Source: Octopus sinensis
Lineage: Eukaryota
NCBI RefSeq assembly: GCF_006345805.1
Contig: NC_042999.1
Location: forward strand, 31,868,001 to 31,932,000
Reading direction: 5' to 3'
DNA length: 64,000 bases
The notes beneath the pieces are model-generated. The model did no database searches and was not told the origin of the DNA. It was given only the letters and a program-made list of their open reading frames with translations. Within the stretch, counting starts at the first letter, position 1; each line of letters starts with the position of its first letter. Shown here piece after piece: positions 13,734 to 27,648 of this stretch. Both the position numbers and the translations under genes were made by a program.

Positions 13734-14332
13734 GTAATAGCTTCAAATCCACCAATTTTCGCCAAATTCTTATTTGTGGACTTAGTACTTATTGCAAAGC
13801 TTCATGATAAACAACGTTTTGTCTTCCTATTTGGGAGTGAGTACAATTTATTTTTTTTGTCTAACCTCTTTCGCTCAGTCTCTCTTGGTTGATTGTTTTC
13901 AAGCATCATCATCAACAGTACCACCACCATCGCCACCACAACTGCCACACACTCACCAATCAAACTTCTCATGCCACCACCATCAACACCTCTGACTTCG
14001 CCGCCTGTCTTTCACATCTCTTACTATCACCGTCATGCTTGACCACCTCAGCTACCATCACCACCACCACCATTATCAACGTGGCCTCCGCCTCTATCAC
14101 AATAACAGCTCATACTATTACTCACCATCTCACCCCCTTACCATCTCAACTGTCAACCTACTACTGCTCTCACCTTCTGTATGCCTACTATTACTTTCAC
14201 TCCCACCTCCAGCAAGAGGAGTAGAAGTGTCGTTGAATAGTGAGAGAAGAGGGGTCAAAGTGTGACACACTGACACACAGAAATCCGTTTAGGCATTTAT
14301 TATACAAGTATATATATATATTATATATATAT

Positions 14333-14366
<34 letters not shown>

Positions 14367-15626
14367 CATGTTTGTATGTATGCATGTATGTCTTATGTAA
14401 GTATATATATACGTATACTTTCGCAATATTAACCTTACTGTCTTTAATTAATAAAGCATAACCTATGCGACTGTACTATATCTATATTGATGACATTAAT
14501 TGTTCTCCCACTATATCTATATATTAAATGTATTCCTTCTCTGGTGAAGTTATTAATTGTAATCCCGCTATATATTTGATAATAATAGCATCAGATTTAT
14601 CCTCTCAGTATTCATGACATTAAAACATATTGCTTCTATTTAAAGGCTAAAATGATTGTATTTTCTCTGTTCAAATTTTGTCAAATGTAGAACTCTGCCG
14701 TTTATACTACTTATATTACTCATACACACTTTCTATTATGACGTGAAATATACTCTTTGTACTTTGATTACCACAACTATTGAACTGGGCTCTTTCAATT
14801 TTGACAACAACTGTACACACTATTTTGTGATAGCAGTAAATGTGCACTCCATCTTTGTCCCCGTTTTTAATTGAAAGAGCCCGATAGAGAAAGTACTAGG
14901 TTACAAAAGATAAATAGAGGTGTCGATATGTTCGACTAAAACTCTACGAGTTGGTACCTTCTACAAAAGGTAGAATTGTACACTTTTATATGTTCATGCA
15001 CATAAACAATGTATGTTGATGAAATCAAGTGCCGAACTGTACGTCTATATTGCAGATATAAAACCTAGATATTCTGATATCAACCGAAGAACTGATGATG
15101 CTAACAGTTCTCTTTCTCTATTGTACTCATAAAATGTTCTTCTCATTGCACAACTGCAGAGCTTTACTCCTTTAATATTGATGTATTTATTCCCATTCAG
15201 CAATATTTCAAACTGTGTCGGTGAGTGATTGGTGTAATATATTATATCTAGTTTGCATTACATTTTTCGTGTATTATGTCTGATATACGACGCATAGAAA
15301 CATATGTACTCGATAACACGTAAATATATTACATCGTCTATCTATTACATAGCTACATTTTGCGTCAAGTTTACATCCTATAGCAATATATCTAGAAAAT
15401 ACCACCCATGGTGATTTGGACTGGCGGAAACGGATTTCACGAAGGAAAGGGAAATCGCTGATGGGCGATGGGAAGCAAACACAAGATCAGTGATGCAGTT
15501 AATAGCATAGACTCAGGAGAGATTATACATATATATAGACGTGTGTATGCGTGTGTGTGAGAGATTTAGTGTAAGTGTTTGCATATGTGCCTGCGTATGT
15601 GAGACTGTGTGTGTATGTATATATGC

Positions 15627-15662
<36 letters not shown>

Positions 15663-16342
15663 ATACATACATAAATACATACAGACAATCAGTAAGAAGT
15701 GCCTTATGTAAGTCAGAGTTACACTTTCAGTAAAGGTGAATTACACATTAAATTTACTGGTGTTTTGTAAAAGTAGCCAATACCAGTGAGGGGGAGAGCG
15801 AAAGAAAGAGAGAGAAAGAGAAAGAGAGCGTTGGAGAGAGAGATTGGTAGAGATGTGAGTAAGAGAGAAGGAACGAGAGGAAGAAAGAGAAAATGAAAAT
15901 TGAGCATTTCACAAAGTGCAAAGGGGTATTGTCCATCCTACCGTAATACCATAAATAAGAAGAGAAAATATGCCTGAATATAAGAGAGAAAGGAAAAAGA
16001 AAATACATTATTAATATGAAAATGTAAAACAAGATAAACTGAATAAGGAAAAAAAATGAGAGACAAAGGTAAAAAAAAAATTAAAAAATTATCCGCAACT
16101 ACTACATCAGAATTGCCAGCATCACTGGTCAGAAATTGAATTAATAGGAAGAGGAGAGAATAGCAATGATGAGGTCGGAGATGCATGACGAAACACTGTG
16201 ACATTTACTTATTTATATTACTGTTACGATATTAGTAGTAGTGAAAGTAAGCGTCTATATAAATGCACAAACGTATGCATATATACATGCTCGCACATTT
16301 ATTCGCACACATAAACACACGCACGCTTATGTGTGTATATAT

Positions 16343-16374
<32 letters not shown>

Positions 16375-18381
16375 TGAGAGAGAGAGAGAGATAAAGAAAT
16401 AGGGAAATAGATAACTACCTACCTAGCAACTTACCTAGCTGCCTACATACATACATAGATACATACATAGATAGATACATACATAGATAGATACATACAT
16501 ACATACGTACATGCATGGAAAAATAATTTATTCATATACATCTGTCGTATTTTCACTAAAATTGACTTTTTTCTGTGACAATACCATGCTCATAGGCTGG
16601 TTCATTCATCCAACGTACATCAATGTATAATTCTGTTTCTAGCTTCTAGGTGCCTTTGGAGGAACCTAATATCCTATAAATATATGGATCATATCTTAAG
16701 CCTATGGATTAATGCCTTCATTACTAAATGTGTTGTAGCTATACTTCGCCCGTGATCTCATTTCTCACCTTCTACTCAAGGCATTAATCATTGGTGCTTG
16801 TCTCTGATTTGTGTCTAGGACTGCATTGCCTGCTAAGTACAGCAATAAATATATAGATCAGCGATTGATTTAAATATCTAGCATGAGATGTCAGGAATTC
16901 TAAAGTTTAAGTTTGAACACGCAATACCCAATTAAGTTGCTAGCCAAGGGATTAAAACTCTGAAATACGTAGTTCTGTACATCTCACATTAACGAACATA
17001 TATTAAACTCTTCACACTTCGAATATTTTATAAATGAATGTAGTGCACAATTTCAAATTGATATATCAAAGTATAAACTAAACTTATATAAAGTATCTGC
17101 CCATTATCAAACAGTTGCACACTTTCTACGAAATAATCTTCACACAAAAATGGAATATAGATAGGTAGCAGGTGAGACCATTATTTCCTACACGCTATGA
17201 CAATTATTGCCTATTAACCAGTTATCAGTGGATTAAAATTTCTTTCCCATGCATTTGGTTTGGAGAGTATTAGGGCATACATTATTTTGTTATACGCTGG
17301 GTATTTCTTATAGATTCTTCAAATACGTATATAAAGCATATACATTTGTATTTGTGCTTGTTCTCCACAGTTCGATGTAAAGTGGCGATTTGATTCTATC
17401 CCTGTAAATTGAAGGTTCAGACAAAAAATTTTTTGGAGTATTTACTATTTGTTTTTAACCAAAAGAAGTACTGGGTGAATAAGTTAAACCCGTCAAGACA
17501 GCATCTCAGAAATGACAAACAGTTATATAGTTGAACCAAGCAGAAATGACCAGTAGTATGAAAGTGATATCTCTCTTCGAAAACACGAAATGTATAATGA
17601 AACGTGTGGGCAAATGCGTACTTCCCGGAGAACAAACATAAGGGAACTACCATTCGAAGAATACCGTAAATTCAAATCTGAAAATTTCTTTCACATGATA
17701 AGGAAAGGGAAGTCTGTGTCCTTTCAATCCATGATGCTATGTCTGATAATGCTAATATAGTGTTGGCCGAAATATCGTATCTCCTGGAGATAAACATCAT
17801 AGCACTTTGATATTTTGTGCAAAAATTTCAGAAATCAGAAAAAGAAAAGAAAATCATCGTGGATGGTAAACATGAGTGTAAAAACATGAGTGGATGGCAG
17901 TCTTATCATTGTCTTTCAATATACAGTGGAATTCACCTGATGGTGAGGCAAAAATGATATATGGAGCATATGCAACCGATTTGAATCTCCAGGTCACATA
18001 CTCAGGTTAAGAGAACACTCATATTCGAAAACAGATTTCAGATGGAGTGCACCGCACGGGGGATAGAGAGGGGGACCGTAAACTATATGGCTGAGAACTT
18101 TAATACCCGACATAACAGAGGCCACAATTGGCCGGAGTATTGTAAGCCACAGTCACAGAATCCTCTGAATGTGAGGAACTGCTAATACACACACAGAGTT
18201 ACAGACACACACATTCACTTACGCACGCACTCACATATGTATACATATAAATATGTTTTGTTATATCTTTTGTACATCTCACATAGGTATAACAATGTGA
18301 CAGTCTATACAGTTGCGTAAAATATCGAAAATAACAGCTATTATTATGAACGTCATCACTATACCAAATTTGGAAGGCATT

Positions 18382-18590
18382 GATCTGGCAGAACCGTTAG
18401 CACGTAGAGCAAAATGCTTAGTGGCATTGAGTCCGTTTTAAAGACATTCTGAGTTCAAATTCCGCCGAGGTCGACTTTGCCTTTCATCCCTTTGGTTGAT
18501 AAAACTAAATAACAATTGAGTACTTTAGTCGATGTAATCGAGCTGTCCCCTCACCCATCAGCTCCTCCGCCTATAGTATAAAGGATTATT
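18382..18590 (+). mobile_element. SINE family B
   Basis: ctggcagaaccgttagcacg...ctgagttcaaattccgccgaggtcgactttgcctttcatcc. Confidence 0.88.
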
Positions 18591-20278
18591 ATATCAAATT
18601 TGTCATTGTCGCGTATCATTCTAAAATGCTTTGATATTCAATATTTCAGTTTGCAACTAATACTGTAAATAAATACATATATCACTATTTGAAACAATCG
18701 AACTTAACCAGTAAATCATAAATGATTCATAAAGATCGGTATTATATCTATAGTATTATCACTATGAGAGAGAAAAAAACATATCTATGTGAGGTTCTCG
18801 TTTCAACTCGTGTAGTTATGTGGTTGTCGCTTTTTAGACTATACTGAATGCAGTGGTGTTGTTCTTTCACAGAATATATTCAATATTTTACCGACTTATT
18901 TCTGCAAAAATATAAACTCATACAATATCGACGTCCCTTCTGAAGAATGTAATTGATATTTCTTGTACACTGAACAATCTCTCTTGTGCTCCATGTTTCA
19001 GAAGTTATTTGTAATAACAATTTAGTTAATATGATAGTAAGTATAAGGCATAAAAGCTACTTATTTTCAGAGGGCAAGAGTTAACTTAATACAATTTCAC
19101 AAATTGAAATTTTAGTTCAGATTTAAGTTCGCGTTTCTATCTCCTTCATGGTTGATTAAATTCAGCTTTTCACATTTTCACTTTATTTCTCTGGTCCAGA
19201 TATGTAATGTTTGTAATTCTAGTATATAAGTAATCGACATACGGCTGTTCCTGTGCATTGCTACAAGCGATAACTATCTCTAAATGATATTCTTTACGAT
19301 ATAGATGGAACGAAATCATAATAGAATAGTGTTAAATCCAAATCATAATAACAACATATACATATAGATATCATTGTGGTTTATATACATTATTAATAAC
19401 ATGCGTTCAACACCAACTATATTCTACACAGACGCACAACCACATGTACGTACGTATGTTCTGTATGCAAACAGAAACGAATCTGTGTACTCCCTCTTTT
19501 TCTCCCTCTCACTCTCTCCCCTCCTTCTTACACACTCATACACATAGTCGCATACATAGAAATAGATATAGATATATTTATGTAAGTTATGGCGTGTGTA
19601 ATGTATTTGCATGCAGCTCCACAGTGTCTCTCTATATTAACAAAATACATGGATATAGACGCATTGAATACCATCTGTTATGTTATCCTTTAGTATATCT
19701 CAGTTTTAGAAAACTCTCCAGTTTGCTGTTAGTAATTATATTTTGATTGCACCGCAGTGTCTTCCTATAAATTTCCTCGTCTTACTTCCTTTCAACTGCA
19801 AAATTTTTAATTGAATTGTACTAGGTTCTGTTGTAATCGAACAAAATGACAGTTTTATTCAGTATTTATTTAAATACGTTTTATAGAATAAGGTGATTTT
19901 CGGTAAGATGCATTTAGAATTGATGGGAGACAATATGATTGCGGTTTATACTAACTCAAATTTCTTAACATTTCAACATTTCTATTATCGCTTAATAATC
20001 TCCCATCCCTCAAAGAACATTTTACCACCTGCAGAGAGCAATGGTAACGAGAAAAAAACAACGAAGAAAAGCGTTATATATGTGTATATATATATATATG
20101 TCTATAAGTTCACCAAAATTTACATTCGTGTTACTTAAGTTGAATGCACCAGAATTTGGTATGGTATTATCCATATAAATCAAATGGGTGATTATATATG
20201 TATGTATGTATGTGTATATATATATATATATACATACATATACATATATATATATATATGTTTTGTATATATAGATGC

Positions 20279-20342
<64 letters not shown>

Positions 20343-22172
20343 GGTATATATATAACTGTACGTACCAATGCTTATATGCAGAAATAATATTCCCCATTAA
20401 AAATAATCAACCTGGTCTTTGTTTCTGATATATGTTCACGGATCTTCGTAATTTAAAATATTCACACACATATTTAATCTATTTTGTATCTCTGAATTAA
20501 AAGACATTTACTCACCGAGTTCAATTATTGTTTTGTAAAGACTCGTGAGATTGATTTCCATGCGTAGTATCAACAATATCAACAACACCGATCTCTTGTT
20601 TTGTCATGACAGAACTTTTGCAATTTAGTGCAAATTTATATCAGTATCAATATAATTTTGCTATTACAAACATAAAGCTGACGGTCGTGTTTGAATATCT
20701 GATAGAGATATGCATATGTAATATTTGTGATAAGTGATGTTAAATGGAATGTAAACAGAATAAACGCATTTATTGATCTGCGGTGGTGATAGATGTAAAT
20801 ATTAACATGTAAAGATTGAATTATAACTCATAACCCAGTGACCTGATTATAATTAATCTGCTAGAGTGAATTCTTTTCAGTACTAAAAATCTAAAAGCTT
20901 CTGTTTCTTCAATGCTAGAAATGACCAACTGGTGTAATCATAGTTCACAATAACAAGAACCATGTTCGAATGTATATTCATGTGGCTTGGATTAACCTCC
21001 TTTACTTCGGTGTGCTGGCGTGTCATTGACAGTTGAACAAATGACGTGCCTGCTGAATTTGATTTCTCTTCAGAACTGAGGGTTGTGGACTTTATTTTAC
21101 AAGTGCGCCTGTGTGCGCGTGTGTGTATATATGTAAATATGTGTACATGTATGTGTATATATAAATATGTATGTATGCACAAATATATCTATCTATCTAT
21201 CCCTCTCTCGCTATATATATATATATATAATATACATAAAACATAAGTATATGCATATATAAATACATATATGTACATACCTACATATATATGTATATAT
21301 ACATGCATCTATGGGTACAGGACATCAAAAAGACGTTGAACACAAGGAGCAACGAAAATATAAAAAACAAAAACATAGAAACGAACTTTTTTTCAAACAG
21401 TGAAAAAAAAACAGAGAACGAGACATACAACATACATAATTTCCCCTTTCTTCACTTGTCCCCGTTTCATCTATTCCGCTTTGTTGAATCAGTCCTTCCC
21501 GCGAAGGAAATTAAATAAAATTTGGGATTTTTTGCAAAGGGTGAAAGTGGTAACAAAAACAAGACAGTGAGAACAAAACAGTAAAACAAAAGAAAAGTAA
21601 AAAACAGTAAAAGACAGGGCAATGAGAACAAAACAGTAAAAACAAACGATGAGGGATGTTAAACCAAGGCGATGGAAAAATTATTCTGAACGCTTTAAGG
21701 AGACGAGCTAATGAAGGGATAGTATAAGCACGTTTAGTATTTGCGAAGATAGTAGTCGGAAAGATGGATTCCATCTGATCACGTTTCAGCGACGAGAGAT
21801 TCGAGGAAGAGGAGTGAGAGAGAGGGAACATATATATATATATACGCAGAATAAGAGAAGGTAGTGAATGCTAAAATAGTACTAGCATGAAATACATTTG
21901 GGACGGTTAAGTAGCGGTTTCAATCTTCTCGAATTTTTCAACTAAGACTAAAACAAAAGTAGATATGAATTAGCAAGAAAAACAATTAAATTGACGAAAA
22001 AATTAAATTAAATGTTTTGTAAATATTTCCATAGTCGGCAAATAGGTAGGCCATGTTCCTTTTTTCTGTCTGTCTGTCTGTTTGTCTCTCTCTCTCTCTC
22101 TCTTTTCTTTCGTGAAAGCTTTCTATGTAGCAACGGATCTCAAAAACAGCGTTTATGCGTGCAGGGAAACAT

Positions 22173-22251
<79 letters not shown>

Positions 22252-22258
22252 CATATAT

Positions 22259-22309
<51 letters not shown>

Positions 22310-22327
22310 TATATATATATATATATA

Positions 22328-22370
<43 letters not shown>

Positions 22371-24246
22371 TATACATATTTGTGTGTGTATATGTGTGTC
22401 TGTGTTTCCTTGTTTGTGACCTACCTCAAGTTGACAAAAGATATCAACTTGCTCACGTCCAGGCCGGTAGAATCAGGACCAGGCTTTAAAAGATCAAAGA
22501 TCATACATTCCTTTCATATTTAAAAAATAAATGCGTGTAATCAACTGCATCCATTGGTGAGGCTCTACTTCGGAAGATCTTGAGTTGTGCAGAACTTGCT
22601 GGCAGGCTTCGATTACCAGTACACCCAGATCCATTCTCATCCCAGAACTTTTGCACCTATTTGGGTCACATGTATGTGTTAAACAGATCATGTAAGGGTA
22701 AATCCAGCTCCTCAGCTGCAGAGAGAGCTCTCAAACTAAGAGAAGAAAAGCTCCAAAATTAATTCACACCTACAACATTCCCTACGCTGGCTCGGCAGCG
22801 TATTGCTGATGAAACCAATATCAGGCATGTCTAATTCCATCGTTTAATACTATGGAGGAAGGTGACTCATGGTAGTACGCATACTACAGCATGTGCAGAT
22901 AGTGGCACACGGTGATGACGTGATTGTGATGATGGCATTTTTTGTCGGAATGATGGTGGAACATGACGAGTATAGTAGATGTAGTTCTAGTCTTGGAGAT
23001 GAGGATTGTGTCCATCGTGGTAATGGTAGTTTTAATAGTGTTGTTGTTATGGTAATGCCAGAATGTTACATGTGATGTAGGTGTCAAACTAATTAACCCT
23101 AACCCTCTTAAAAAAATATAAAACGCACATTCATTTCAGTATTTTACCATTATCTCAACCTTGCAAAGTGTTTTCTTGTTTCCCACCTACGCTTTCTCTA
23201 CACATCAACGCCATTTCCACATACACAGCCCTCAACACAACCCCTACTCATACATACGTTAACATCAACTCTCATACGTACATTCACACACCTTAACTTT
23301 TCTATCTCTCTGACAATCCTGAATACAATAACACAATCAGAAACACTTACCTACACACAGCATCATATTACCGATTACATACCACCAGTAACTACCACCT
23401 GCTCATTTATACCTATACAGATACACACACATATACATATCGCCATTCCTCTACAGTTATGCTTTCCCGATAATTAGACACATACACAAGAACATTCTAA
23501 AACAACTGTTACGTTTTCACTCACACACATACGCGCACTTCCACACGCACTTCTTTTCTACATGCCACATGCTTCTCCTTTCGGCTACTACCATTCTGCT
23601 TGACCACACTTTTCACATGTGCTCCGAAGCCGAATATTTAAGTCGCTGGCTCACGCAAAATCAAATTCACACATGAACGCCCTCACACATACACATACAC
23701 AGACACACGCACACATACACATTATCACGCTCTCTCATTCTTCTCCCATTCTTCTCATAGCTTTACCTCCCTTCCTCATCATTCTTCTAGCAAGCACATT
23801 TTAATCTACGGTAGGGTTTTCCCTCGACTCTTCCAAAAGACACATGTGAACTGAACACTCTTTGTCCATCTTATTCATTGCAGCCCTTGCGACCTGTACA
23901 ACGTTTGTGGTTTTTGGATTCTCCACATCTTGTGCTACTCAGGACATTCTGATTACCTATCTTCTATTGCGAAGCCCGTAACGTTCGTTACGTATTTACA
24001 CAACCCGTGATTACATTCCACGTTTTATAATGTTACTACTTTTCGTTCATTAGTTTGTCATCAATGAAGATTTTCATAACCTTGGATTTACACTTGTTGA
24101 CTACACATTTAACAGGTTTTCTGTTGAATTTTTCTCCCTCTCTTCTATGTAAAACCACAGGGTCATGTGCACATGTTTTGTGTGATGTGTGCATGTGTGT
24201 GCATATATGCATAAGTATTCTCTCACAGACACGCGCTTATACATAC

Positions 24247-24780
24247 TCACTAAACGAATTGAAGGCATGGCTGCTCTCGATTATTGGGATCGTCTTAAAG
24301 CCTTGAAACTTTACTCCCAGCAGCGTCGGCGTGAGCGGTACATCATTTGTACAATATGGAGAATATACCGCCAACTTTGCCCAAACGACCTTAACATTAG
24401 CTTCAAGGTTCATCCAAGACTGTGACCATGGGCTATACGTCCCCTGCCCAATTCAAGATCACAACATACATGTACACTGCAACATAATTTCTTTTCCTCA
24501 ACAGGCCCTGCCCTATTTAACATTGTCCCGAGGGAGATCAAAGAGGGAAATGATCCCATCAACTTTAAACGGAGTCTGGATAGATTCCTTCAAAGAATAC
24601 CAGATAAGCCACCCATAATTGGATACAACTCACCCAACAAGAACTCCCTACTTGAACAAAACTTGACTTAAACAAAACTTGACTTAAACAGGATTCGAAT
24701 AATCCTATCAGGTGGTGCTATTAAGTTAGACATGGCCTGGACCAATCTTTGGTCGAAACATATCTAAGTTATCTAAGTTA
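24247..24780 (+). mobile_element. 5'-truncated CR1-type LINE 3' end
   Basis: TKRIEGMAALDYWDRLKALKLYSQQRRRERYIICTIWRIY...CPN matches the CR1-group C-terminal Y.ERL..L.LYSL.RRRERY motif; ends ...DKPPIIGYNSPNKNSLLEQ. The 3' UTR has a GACCAA/TTGGTC hairpin (24740-24754) and terminal ATCTAAGTT repeats (24762-24779). Confidence 0.8.
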
Positions 24781-24838
24781 TATATATATATATATATATA
24801 ATATATATATATATATGTGTGTGTGTGTGTATGTATAT

Positions 24839-24895
<57 letters not shown>

Positions 24896-26072
24896 GAAAC
24901 GTAAGCAAAGTGTTACTGTCTTGTTAGGAAATATTTCATTATACGTGAAATGGATCAGTGAGAAACTGATGTTAAAAACTAGGATGGTTTCCAACAAAAT
25001 TTAAAATGTGAATTACTAATATAATGTCAATAAAACTGATGGAATACAAAAGCAAATTCCTAAAATCAATCGTTGAATATGCAGACATTTTACTGGAATG
25101 TATTCCACTGAAATACAGTAGTATTCAACTCGAAAGAAAAATAAGAGAAAATAGATAAAATATCAAAATATAATGTTGAAAAGGAACATAACATGATATT
25201 TTAGCGTATCTCTATGTAAAAAGAGTTTGGTGAGTCAACAGTGTAAAATATCAATAGATAAAGGCATATATCTACATCAAAGCGGCAAATGATGAACGAT
25301 TTTCCTGTTCTAAATATGAAAACGCACGTTTGTATAGTTGACTTAGATGTTACAAGTCAGGTCAGTGAACTTGAACTGGATTTCTAAAAGGGTCCAACGC
25401 AACCAAGCCAACAGATCTGATTGAGTATAAAGCCATTCGATTATACATTAATATTGTTGTTTGAAAGAGCAAACTTTAGGAAACAAAAATATTTCAAATT
25501 TATAGTTGTAATAGATATATCTATAATTCACGAATACTATAAAAGCATAAATTTACATATAGAGTATGTAAATGAAGGTTGCGTTATACCATAACGAACT
25601 CATTTAATACTGATTGCGTTTTCATTGTGTTTGGGTTAAGTATTAAACTGGTAAGATAACTTGACCAAGGAACCTAAAGCTAGTCGCACGTCCAGCTAAC
25701 AACTGCAGCCAAATGTTCCTCAATTCACGTCCTGATGACTGTGCACTACATGCCTAGCGCCTTCCATCTTTGATGCCTTTTAGCTAACGTACATAAAGAA
25801 CATAAAGTACATAACGTACATAACGTACATAAAGTGTAAGGCATGTTTTACGTTTGAAACTAATGTCCTTCACTGCATTATATGTGTTTGCTATCAAATA
25901 ATCAGGGATAAAATGCATACTGACTTAAAGGGATGCGTTGGTATATAGTATATGAATGAAATCCAGCTATTATTAAGCTGTAAAAGTGTTGAATTTAGGA
26001 GAAATATAGTGCAAGATTCATACTCAGTAATTTTAGAGGGAATAAATAATCTGCATTGCTATTACTAGTTAT

Positions 26073-26381
26073 CACCGTGATCACCGTGACCGACCAGGCC
26101 ATCAGATGTTGTTACACATCGCTGGTCACAATGCGCTTCGCATTGTTTTAGCCTTCAAATGACGCCACCCCGCTTGCTAAGCGAGCAGGCCAACAGAAGA
26201 AAGAGTGAGAGAAAGTTGTGGCGAAAGAGTACAGCAGGGATCGCCACCACCCCCTGCCGAAGCCTCGTGGAGCTTTAGGTGTTTTCGCTCAATAAACACT
26301 CACAACGCCCTGTCTGGGAATCGAAACTGCGATCCTACGACCGCGAGTCCGCTGCCCTAACCACTAGGCCATTGCGCCTCC
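26073..26381 (-). mobile_element. Full-length tRNA-derived SINE family C with 12-bp target-site duplication
   Basis: The minus strand starts GGAGGCGCAATGGCCTAGTGG (A box) ... GTTTCGATTCC (B box) and ends in a (TCACGGTGA)n-type tail. TSD ATTACTAGTTAT at 26061-26072 and 26382-26393. Confidence 0.92.
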
Positions 26382-27242
26382 ATTACTAGTTATAAACATA
26401 TGAATTACGGCATTGAGACTGTTCTGAAATTTTGTTCGACAAGTTGAATTTGATTGAAATAATAATTTTTAATGATCATATTGATTATGAAGTTTTGTTT
26501 AAAATGCAGAATTTTCAGTGATGTAATCACATACGAAAAGAATGACTGAGGCAATAGACGCAATCGTGTTTATGAAAATCGCTTGAATCCTAAACTCTGT
26601 GTTAATATGTCTGCAGGTAATAATATTTCCTGCATTATCCACGTGACATGCTAATATTTAGCAACAATTGCCTAAGAGAAAAAATAAACAATCAATATTA
26701 CATTACCACCAACATCTAACGTCTTTTATCTGACCGCTTTGCTCCAAGCTACAATGATTTTTAACGTTTGAATTCTCAATATGACATTTACGACAACGTC
26801 TATCTTTCTTAAGTGATTTTATGCCGACATATTCTGTAGCACAAGTAGAAGAATTTTATAAAATTGAAGATTAATCGCCGTAATACCAGATAATTAATAT
26901 ATCATCACAGCAAGCGCTGGCCTTGGATATGTGGCAAGAAACCTACTTCTCAAAACCATATAATTCCGCTTTCAGTCACATTGCATGAATAATTTGTACT
27001 GCTATTACTAGTTATAAACATGTGAATTACGCCATTGAAACCATTCTGAAATTTTGTTCGACAAGTTGAATTTGATTGAAATAATAATGTTTAATTATCA
27101 TTGGTCAAGTATCTTAAACTATGGACACGCGTCGACCAAAGTGAATTTCAGAGACGAAAACTGAAATAGATGCATGTACACATGTAGTACACACACACAT
27201 ATATATATTTAAAACGGTTAACAAAGGATAATTCATTCATCC

Positions 27243-27280
<38 letters not shown>

Positions 27281-27648
27281 TTACTATTTAGATAATGTAT
27301 ATATATAATATTATATATATATTAAATAGTAATGCAATACGAGAGTATTGCTTTCCAGTAATTATTTACTTTTATGTATATACTTACATATATATAGAAA
27401 CACACATACATTTGCGCCCCCCCCACACACACAAATATAGTGGTTGTTCGGGCAAAACCACTTAGGAGTTTAAAGATTTCCTAGGGGACAGAATAAGGAA
27501 CGCGTGTGGTGGCCGTGGTGGCAGCTGACAGCATTCACTTCGAGTACATTGTTATCTGCCTGCAATCCTATATTTGATAAGGGATTGATGTTTAGAATTA
27601 CTTTGCTTTTGGGAAGGATTTTCTGTTTCCTAGTACCTATTCAGCAAT

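Noticed and set aside
17900-18100. WNSPDG peptide reminiscent of the APE endonuclease of RTE-type LINEs
   Set aside because: A single short motif; the flanking conserved motifs are not recoverable.
21500-21831. 106-aa minus-strand ORF / UTR-like GA-rich region
   Set aside because: Compositionally biased, no homology recognised, and no promoter or splice evidence strong enough to call.
22490-22830. Complex sequence with a 60-aa ORF and a CTGATGA
   Set aside because: No GAAA or stems for a hammerhead; the peptide is not assignable (possibly an old LINE).
23094-23107. AACCCTAACCCT telomere-like repeat
   Set aside because: Only two units, expected by chance.
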